Part shown: positions 10,087-19,000 of the stretch, in pieces | Numbering within the stretch: position 1 is the stretch's first letter | How the letters are laid out: the number at the start of each line of letters is the position of its first letter | DNA from: Fonticula alba ATCC 38817 | Lineage: Eukaryota > Protista > Nucleariida | Reading direction: 5' to 3' (one strand) | Length of the DNA stretch: 29,757 nucleotides | Assembly: GCA_000388065.2 (NCBI GenBank) | Contig: KB932205.1 | The notes under the pieces: generated by a model | What the model saw: the letters and a program-made list of their open reading frames with translations, nothing else | Databases searched by the model: none | What the model was told of the DNA's origin: nothing | Made by a program: the position numbers and the translations under genes

Positions 10087-11721
10087 TCAAGAATCGTCCC
10101 AGCTAACGTCGACTGTCGGGTGCCGTTCCCAGTGGGCCGACGAGCGGTGTGCCGGCCCGCGGTGCTGGTCGTCAGAGGGCTGTGACATGGGTGTGCCGGG
10201 CACCGGCAGGGCAGTGTCCCCAAGGGAGGGGAGCAGTCGTTGCGGCGAGATGCGTGGCGAGTCTGGCAGCCAGGATCCCGGGGCGCCAGCCGGCGGGGAG
10301 GACCCCGGCGAGGGCAGCAGAGCATGCAGGGCGGAGGCCCGGGGCTGGGGCTCGGCGGCACTGAGGGGGGCGTGCCAAGGATCGTCCGGCAGGAGGGACG
10401 CCAGGTGGGCCGATGCCGGGTGTGATGGAGCAAAGTCGAAGGAGAGGGCCGCACTGGATGCGGAGTGCGACACCGGGGCCGGGTCCAGGTACGGGATGTC
10501 CGAGTAGTGCGAGGAGGAGAGCAGCAAATCGGTGGACAGCTCCTGGAAGGAGTAGTCCCCGATGGAAGGCAGGTCGAAGGAAAGCTCCGAGACCGCGGTG
10601 GAAGCGGCCAACGCCGCCCCGGGGTCGAAATGGAAGTCCCCCCCCTCGGCGGGCGGGGCTTCCTCGTATGGCTCGAAGGAGGAAAGCGGGGACGAGGGCT
10701 CCGGGGCCAGGTCGAAGGACAAATCCGGGGGGGCGCCCGGCCCATGGGTGTCCGGGCCCAGTGAGCCGGCCACTTGGGCAGGGCAGCTGGCTGGGCGTGT
10801 GGCGGCCGTGCTGGCCGGATCCGCCGGGGGCGGGGACTGCCCGGCCGCGGTTTGCGGGCGACTGCGTGGCGGCCGAGCGGTCCAGGACTCGCATGCCGGC
10901 GGCGGGGGAGAGGCCGGCCGATCGAGCGGCCGGGCATCTGCCACCGGCGAAGCAAGAGCCTGGCCGGTGGCCTGCGAGGAGGACCGCACCGGGGAGCAGG
11001 CGGCTGAGGGCAAGGCCGCCGGCGACGGGGCCACGCCCGGCGGGCCGGTCGGTGGAATGTCCGAGGCGGCTGAACTGAAGCTAAAGCGCCGGCGGCGGGC
11101 TGGCGGCGCCGGTTCCTGGGCCGGGCGCCGAGGGCGCTTGGTGGGGGCCTCGCTCGGCGCCGGGTCGGCCGGCGCGAGGGACAGGCGGAAGAAGACCGCC
11201 GTGTCCCCCTGCCGCGAGCAAGAAAGCCGCCCCTCCTGGAGAAGGTCGCGCAGAGTGGCATGCGGCGCTCGGCCGGCCTGCAGCATGGCCTGGACATTCG
11301 ACGACCAGACCACCTCCGGCGGCTTGCGGTCATCGTCCAGGTGGCGAAGCCCCGAAAGGAAGGTCAGCTCCAGCGCGGCCGGATCCGGCGGGCGCTGGCC
11401 CGGGGTGAGCAGGAGCTTGGCCTCGGCCGGCGCGAGGGGGTCTTGCAGCCGCCACCGGGAGCCCAGGTGCGCATGTAGCCGAGCCAAGCGCCGGTCGCAC
11501 GAGGAGGCCAGCCGGATGAGGGGCTTGAAGCCGCGCTCGGCCACAAGGGCCTGGGTGCCCAGGTCCGCCGGGATCAGGTACAGCTGGAGCTCTGGGGGTG
11601 GGTCCCGGTCGGCTGGCGGCCGAGAGGCCGGCGGTCCAAGCAGCCGCGTGGCGATCTGCCCCAATTGCTCCAGGCTGTAGGCCGGCTGCCGGCCGGGGCC
11701 GGCCGAGAAGTCGACCTCCAT
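10087..11721 (-). CDS. 544-aa protein with an N-terminal CRAMP1 (Cramped)/TKI1-like conserved domain and a disordered Pro/Ser/Ala/acidic C-terminus
   Basis: Single ORF, ATG 11721 to TGA 10087. LQLYLIPADLGTQALVAERGFKPLIRLASSCDRRLARLHAHLGSRW...AEAKLLLTP...WSS...AVFFRL aligns with the recalled TKI1/CRAMP1 pattern IKLQLFPIDEGTRxALExDxHNPHLELTLSxRKKISSVLEHLNRKW...GELLLFP...W...VFRLRY. A basic NLS-like stretch PTKRPRR/RRRRF follows. The gene is well supported; the family is inferred from memory. Confidence 0.65.
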   Translation of the reverse strand: MEVDFSAGPGRQPAYSLEQLGQIATRLLGPPASRPPADRDPPPELQLYLIPADLGTQALVAERGFKPLIRLASSCDRRLARLHAHLGSRWRLQDPLAPAEAKLLLTPGQRPPDPAALELTFLSGLRHLDDDRKPPEVVWSSNVQAMLQAGRAPHATLRDLLQEGRLSCSRQGDTAVFFRLSLAPADPAPSEAPTKRPRRPAQEPAPPARRRRFSFSSAASDIPPTGPPGVAPSPAALPSAACSPVRSSSQATGQALASPVADARPLDRPASPPPPACESWTARPPRSRPQTAAGQSPPPADPASTAATRPASCPAQVAGSLGPDTHGPGAPPDLSFDLAPEPSSPLSSFEPYEEAPPAEGGDFHFDPGAALAASTAVSELSFDLPSIGDYSFQELSTDLLLSSSHYSDIPYLDPAPVSHSASSAALSFDFAPSHPASAHLASLLPDDPWHAPLSAAEPQPRASALHALLPSPGSSPPAGAPGSWLPDSPRISPQRLLPSLGDTALPVPGTPMSQPSDDQHRGPAHRSSAHWERHPTVDVSWDDS

Positions 11722-12243
11722 CGGGGAGAAGGGCCGGGAAAAGAAACGCGCGGTGACGGAGGGCGAGGAAGTGGGGCGCAGCGAGGGATGGGAGGGTCAG
11801 GGGGAGGGGGGAGGGGGGGGGGGAGGGAGGGGGAGGGGCGGCGGCGGCGGCGGCAGCGGCGGCGGCTCTCCCGAACAGCGATGGCTCGCTGGGAAGCCGG
11901 CGCCCGGCTGCATTTCAGGGTAGCCCCGGTGAGGGGGCCCCCTCGGTCGGGAGGGCGCCGGCGAGAGAGATTGCAGACGAGTGTGGAGGGGCGGTCCGCT
12001 GCCCGAGCAATGCCAGTGGAGCGGGCAAAGAGCGACCGAGGCCGGGGGGGGGTGCGTCTGTTGGCGCGCGGCGTTCCCCGGCGGTGGGGCGGCATCCCGG
12101 CCATCGTGCACTCGGGCCGCCGTATGAGGGCCTGGTAACTGCCGACTGCCCACCGCGGACGGGGAGCACAAGGCTGCGCGGCTCCGGTGGGAGGGCGAGC
12201 CGACACCTCCGGGCTGGAGGCCGGGGGCAACATCCCGCGGATC

Positions 12244-12245
<2 letters not shown>

Positions 12246-12298
<53 letters not shown>
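12246..12298. repeat. C53 homopolymer in the divergent intergenic region
   Basis: Read directly. It lies about 90 nt from an assembly gap, so the length is unreliable. Confidence 0.8.
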
Positions 12299-12299
<1 letters not shown>

Positions 12300-12391
12300 C
12301 CCTCCAGCGCCCCCCATCGAAGGCCATTTTTGTACCGGCACGATCGGGCAATTTCAAATCTCGGCGGCGGTTTCATGGGCCGCCAATGCAT

Positions 12392-12616
12392 NNNNNNNNN
12401 NNNNNNNNNNNNNNNNNNNNNNNNNNNNNNNNNNNNNNNNNNNNNNNNNNNNNNNNNNNNNNNNNNNNNNNNNNNNNNNNNNNNNNNNNNNNNNNNNNNN
12501 NNNNNNNNNNNNNNNNNNNNNNNNNNNNNNNNNNNNNNNNNNNNNNNNNNNNNNNNNNNNNNNNNNNNNNNNNNNNNNNNNNNNNNNNNNNNNNNNNNNN
12601 NNNNNNNNNNNNNNNN
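12392..12616. other. Assembly gap (225 N)
   Basis: Run of N. Confidence 1.
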
Positions 12617-13013
12617 GCCGTCAGCTGGGATGTGCGCCGTGCGATCTGTGCCGACTTGCACGCTCGGCGTCGCCCGCCCGCCCGAGGGGAGGGAGGGGGT
12701 GGCAAGGCGGGCGAGGGAGGCAGGCGCAGCGCGAAAGAACGGGCCACACGCAGGCGGACGGGCCACACCAAAAGCAGGCTCCCTCCCCCGCCCCCCCCCT
12801 GCAGGCCGAGGGGCTGGCAACATCCTTCACTCCCACTCAGCATCTTTTCCCCTGATTTTCTTTCAGTTTGCCTCGCCCCGTCCCTTCTTGCTCCCCCCCT
12901 CCCCCCACTCCCTGAAGACTCCCTCGCTGTCACTTTCTTTCCCTCCTTCCCTGCCGGCATTTGCCGCGACGTGCCCGGTTCCCCGGACGGAGGTGCCCGC
13001 TCTGCCTGTCGCG

Positions 13014-16000
13014 ATGGTGTCCCGGGCGGGCATCGGCCTGCCGGGCCGCCGGGCGCTCGTTCCATTTGTCCTGCTGGCGATGTGCGCCTGTGCGGCATCC
13101 GCCAGGGGCGCCCTCCTCTCGGACCCCGGGCCAGAAGCCCACCCGCTCGGGGTGTCGCCGTTGCTGGGTGACATGCGCGCGCTGGAGGACGACTCGGCAC
13201 CGGCCTTCGATCCCTTCCTGCGAGACCTCATCTTCGGCACATACATCCTGGTGCTGGCCATCATGTCGGTGTTTTTCGTGCACTTCGCCGGACGCGTGGC
13301 CGCTTGGGCCCTGTCGTCGCTGGTGAACCTGCTGCTCCTGCGAGGCGTGGCCCCGGGCTCACCGCCAGCCGCGCAAGTGCACCTGTACAGCATCAGCCTG
13401 ACATCGCTGCTGAGTGGCCAGCTGCTCCTGCGCGGAGTGCGCCTGGTCACCCCGGACATGATGGTGGAGATTGATGGCCTGCGGCTGTACCTTCGATATT
13501 GGCTCTTCCCCGGGGAGGAGGCCATGGTGGCCTTCGGGGCCAAGGGGGCCGGGCTTGGGTCCGGCGTCGGCGGGCTGCCCGGGAGCATGGGCATCGGTGC
13601 GGCGGCCGGGGATGGCCGCCGCCGGGGCGGCCTGACCAAGGAGTCCCATGCGGCCGCGGCCGCGGCCCTGACCGTGGCCTTGGGGGACAGTTCGTTGTCG
13701 GGCACGGCGGCTGCCGTCCTGGCGGACCTGAATGTCCGCCCGAGCACCAGTCGTCTTGGGCTGCGCCTGCGAAGTGTCCAAGTGTCCATCTTCAATCGCT
13801 CTTCCGTGGTGGACCTCTGGCTGGCACGGCTGGAGCGTTTCCGCGCGGCCTCGGCCGGCGATGGCGCGCCCGGGCCCGAGGTCCGGATCTTTGATCAATC
13901 CACCGGCGAAGGCCCGGCCAAGTCCAAGCAGGAGGCCGAGGCGGCCATGCCGGTGGTCGACAGCCCGGAGTCCCCCCCCTCGGTGGGGTCATCCCGGGAG
14001 ACAAGCTCCGCCGGTCTCCCTCCTGCCGGCCAGGCACCCGCCCTGCTGCGGCCCCTGCCGCAGGAGCTCTTCGATGCGGTGGCCGAGCCGGTGGTCGACT
14101 CGCTGAGCGGCTTGGGCCTGCCGCCCTGGCTGCCGGTCGATGTGGAAATCGACACGCTGGCCATCATGGCCGGGACCACGGTCCTGCCCACGATCTTCGT
14201 GATGACCGTGCAAAAGCTCCAGGGCCGCCTCCTGGCCGAGGTGCCCTACTCGCCGCCGGTGCCGCTGCCGGCCGATCTGGCCGAGGCAGCCCTGCGCCCG
14301 ACCTGGCGCCAGTGGCTGGACCGGCTCCGGCGGCCGGCCGCCCGGGGGATGGCGGCTCGGGCCGCGGCCGCCGCCTCGGTCGCCGTGCCCTCCCCCGGTG
14401 GAGGGACGGTCGCCCCGGCGGACTACCTCCATCCGCACCGGCATTTAATTCGGTCCCTCCGGCCGTTGGGGTTTTTCCAAGCGCCCGATGCGCCGGCCGG
14501 GGCCGGGCTCCTGGCCAGCCTCGTCGCCCCGTGGGGCCGGTCATCGGGGGACCTGCACGGCGCAGCCGCCGTCCCCTCGGCCGTGGCCCTGGCCTGTCCG
14601 TATGCCTATCGCTTTGATGCGGCTCTCAAGGTGGTTCGCATTGATTTGATCCCGAACGATGACTTCCTGCCGCCGTTGCAGCCGCGCTTCGACTTCCCGC
14701 CCGAGGCCCCGCTCTTTGTGGATCTCTCCCGCAGCGTGGCCGTCCCGCCGGCCGACGGGCCGGAGGCCGTGCACATTGACGGCCTGGCCGCCGGGGAGTC
14801 GGACGCGGCCATGGCCGCCGCCACGGCCGCGCTCCTGGCGTCCACCGCCTCGGAGGATGCCCCCCCGGCGGCCGGTGACCCGGGGTCGGTTCTCCTGCCG
14901 GCGGACGCCGGCTGGGCCGATCGACTGCGGTTCCGGCTGCGCGCGGTTGGCCGTGCGCTCAAGCCACGCTCGCGCAACCATGGGCTCCGGCCGACCGAGC
15001 CGACCGCCGGCCCCGGCGCACCGACCGACGCCTATCCGCGAATGCGTGCGCCCTCGGCGATGGCGGCCCCCGCGCCCGGGGGTCCTGGCGCGGCAGCAAC
15101 CACAAGCCCGGCGGCTGCGGGTCCTCCCGCCGGTCCGGGGCCACACGCTGGTGCCGGGTCGCGGCTGCCCTCCTCGGAGGAGGATGCCCTGCCGGCGACC
15201 TTCTTCGACCAGCAAGACGAGTATGCCCGTGTGACGGATGTCTTCGAAGCGCCGTTCATTCGCCTGTCCTACATCCAGGACCGGCTGGCTTTGGTGGACA
15301 CCCGGCTGATGGCCCTCTCGGCCGAGGGCGCCGCGGGCCTGGCATCCAGCGCCCCCGACCCGGAGCAGGGCACCGGCGAGGGCATTCCCCTGAAGCCGGT
15401 CGGCTCGGTGGGCGGGTCGCTCGCGGCCGCCGGGTATGATCTGCGCCAGCTCGGCCAGCATCCCCGGTGGGAGCTGGACCTGATGGTGCAGAATGCCACC
15501 ATCCGCTATGGGCCGTGGGCCGACCGGGAGCGTGCTCGGCTCATGTCGCACTTCTTCCCCTTCATGTATGATGACGCGCCGGCTCCCGGGCCCGGGACCC
15601 CGGGCGGGGAGGGGCTCGCCCTGCCGGCGGCCCTGGCGGTGCATGTTCACTTCAAGGGGCCAAGCACATTGCGGGTGCCGACGCGCGAGCCCGGGCGTGA
15701 GGCCGGGTTCGATGGGCCGGATGCCTCGGGGCCCGGCGGCGCCGCCCTGGCACCGGGCACCGGGCAGGCGGACCATCAGCCGCCGGTTTCCCAGCCCGGG
15801 CCGGCCCGATCCAGTCGGCGGTACGCCTGGCTGGACATCACCTTCCAGGAGGGGTCCAGCATCGGGTATCGGGTGCCCTGGCTGCCAGCCCGGCGGGTGG
15901 GTGGCCATGCGGCGGTCCTGGAGGTGGTGCTCTCCTCGGTGGCCATCAACACCTCGTTGAATTATGCCCCCCTGGTGGCTGCTTCGACGCTGCAAGTGTC

Positions 16001-19000
16001 CGGGGTCATGTCATCTGCGGCTTCCTGGCGCCGAGGGCCTCACGCGTGGTCTTTCGATGTGGTACGCCCGGGGTCGAGGCCGGCTCGGCCTCCTCGTCGC
16101 CTGCTTTTCCCGCGCCTCTCTTCCCTTGCAGCCGGCTGTCTGACCCCCGCTCCCTGGGGCATCCCCCCCCCCCCCCCCCCGCCCTTAGCTCACGGAGAAT
16201 GCCACCTTCCATGTTCTGCGCGACCATGCCGAGCTGATCATCGACCTGATCTCGGACTTCGTCTCGGAGCCAGCCCCGGCGACGTTGACTTCCTCCGCGT
16301 CGACCGGCGTGCATCCCATCTTCTTTCACACCCCCTACGAGTATCGCTATGGCTTCCGCGGGCGGAATGTCCGCCTGGTATTGCCCGTAAATGAGGCCAA
16401 CATCATCGATGGCCTCCCCTCGGCCAGCGACCTGAATGCGGCCCTCTACCTCGACACGCCGGCCCTGAATGTGGGTTTCCGCTCCGATGCACACGCGTAC
16501 GTACCTCCTTCTGCCTGTCGGAAGTGTCTCCCTTCTTCTCTCTTCTTCTCTTCTTCTCTTCTTCTCTTCTTCTCTTCTTCTCTTCTTCTCTTCTTCTCTT
16601 CTTCTCTTCTTCTCTCTCCCTCTCTTCCTCTCTTCCTCTCTCCCTCTCTTCCTCTCTCTCTCTCTTCCTCTCTCCCTCTCTCCGGCTTCTCTGGGCGAGG
16701 GGCTTCACCATCTCTGTCTTGTCGCCTTACCTGCTCCCGCGTCGTTTGTCTGCTCTTCCTCCCCTTTGACATCTCCCACCCCGCACCGCTCCTCCCACCT
16801 GGCTAGCTTCCGTCCGAGTATGGTCAGCATGCCATGCCGTATCGAAGCCCCCGAAGGAGTCACCGTGTCCTTCTCCTTGCCCAAGTCCCACACCTACTAT
16901 GAGCGCTTCTCGCGGGTGGAGCGCTTCCTGCATGTGGAGCGCCTGCTCTTTGCCTTCAATTACTCGTATGTCCTCGCGCATCGGGCCTTTTCGCGTAAGG
17001 CACAGGCCTTCAGCACTGCGGCAGCCCCGCCGCAGCCGAAGTTCCGCGAGCCGGACGACCCGCACGATGTCTTGACCATCGACGTGCAATTGGACGGCGC
17101 CACGGGCCTGGCCCATGGGTTGGCCATCCACCTCTTCCTCTTGGCGTGGGAAAATTACCTGGGCGATGATTTGGCCTTCCAAACGGTGGACGAGGTCCGT
17201 GACCGGTTCCAACGGGCCGGGGAGGAGATTCGCGCGCGGCGCCGGGCAGCCGCCGCCACCCGCCATGCGCCTCCGGCTCCCGGACGCCTGGAGGCCAGCT
17301 TCTGCCTGACGGCCGGGCGCCTGCAGCTGGCCCTGCCGACGCACCTCGGTGCCCTGCCGGACCCCGTGGCAAAGGAGCTCTTCGACCGGCAGTGGAAGGC
17401 CTGGGAGGACTCGGCGGCGGCCATGTCGCTCCCCCTCCCGGCCGGTCTTCCCCCCGGGGCCGGGCTGGACAGCTTGCCGCCTTGGTTTGTGCGTGATGGC
17501 TGGGACAGCGCATCCGGGTACTACTCGCTGGCGTTTGCCCCGAGCTTGGATGTGGACATCCGCTCGGCGCCCCTGTGCGAGCGCCATGCAGCGGAGTCGG
17601 TCCGGCCAGGCGCCCGGGCACCCGCCGGCCCGGCTGACCGTCTGCGCCCCGGCGCCGCGGCCGATGACGTCCCGAGCGTCGACGTGCACCTGGTCACCGG
17701 GCCGGTGATGCTTTTTGCCCCCGCGCCGGAGAGCATGCGCCCGGGATCGGGCCGGCGCTCGGCCACCACCTCGCGCCGGCATCCTGGCCTGGAGGAGGCC
17801 CTGGGCGCCGCGTCGGCCGGGTGGGCCTCCACCCCGGCCACCGAGCCATTGGTGGTCGTGGCCCCGGAGCTGCATTCATTGGATGCCCTCTATGCTCCGC
17901 TGGATGCGGCGCACCCGGCGCTTGGGACCCCGGCACCCGGGGTGGCGCCCGCCCGCCGGGCCTCCCTGTCGGGCGAGGACCCTGGCGATGCACGGGGTGG
18001 CGCCCCGGCCCCGGCCCCGGCCCCGGCCCCGGCCCCGGCCCCGGCCCCGGCCCCGAGCCCGCTGCTTGCCATTGGGTCTCTGGGCTTGGGGATCATCCTG
18101 AGCGATTCGCCGCTGCGCGGCGTCCGGCCGTTGCTCATCCGCGTGGACCTGCCGACCGGGGCGCGCATGCGTGTGCCCGACGCGCACCTGCTCCTGAGTC
18201 GCGTTCTCCTGCCCGCGGGATTGGCCTTCCTGGAGACCATGCTCTGCAGCGATGACTCGCTGCACCTGCCAATCACCAATTCCCCGGTCTTGCGAGAGAT
18301 GATGATCAGCATCCAGGTGGATGCCGGTCCGATCGATGTGATGCTGCTTGACGGGCCGCCCGGTGCGCCTGGTACTCCCGCGCCCCCTGGGCTTTCCTCT
18401 TCTTGGCCCCCCCTCCCTCTGTTGCCCGTGTATGTCCTGGTCTCTGACACACACCTCCCTCCTGCTCTTGCCTTTCTCCCTCTCTCCCCCCCTCTCTCTC
18501 TCTCCCACTCGCTCCCTAGCTGCCGGTCGTGCTGCCGGCGCCACGCCCGGCGACTCTCCCTTCGACCAAATCTTCCGCATCCAGGCGCCGGATGGATGTC
18601 GGCTTCTCTTTGATGAGCTGACCCGGGCCCTGGAGTTGCACATGCCGCTGCTGGATGTCCGGGCCATGATCCGGCGCCCGGCGCGGCCGGTGTCTGGACT
18701 CGCGGTTGCCCCTCTCGCGGCGGCCGGGGCCCCGGGCTCCGGGCCCGGGACCCCCCACCGGCAGCAGCCCCTGTCGGCGCCCCCCTCGCCTGGTCCCTTT
18801 GGCCAGCCGCGCCCCACACGAGCTCCGGCTCTGGGACTTCATATCCCGGGCGCACAGGCCGATGCCCCAGGGGGGCCCTCGGCCACCTCCACGCCGCTCA
18901 GCACACCAGGGTCCCCGACGCCCCCGGTCGCGGGTCCGGCCTTCGAACTGTGCGAAGTCCTGCGCATCCGCGTGTCGGTCCTTCGCGACCAGCCCCTGCC

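Noticed and set aside
12084-13013. Apparent N-terminal 310 aa of the 1436-aa ORF
   Set aside because: It crosses a C53 run and an N gap. The credible start is ATG 13014 or 13173.
16403-16806. ORFs with RREEEKK or LLFFSSS repeats
   Set aside because: Translations of the intronic (TCTTCTTC)n array.
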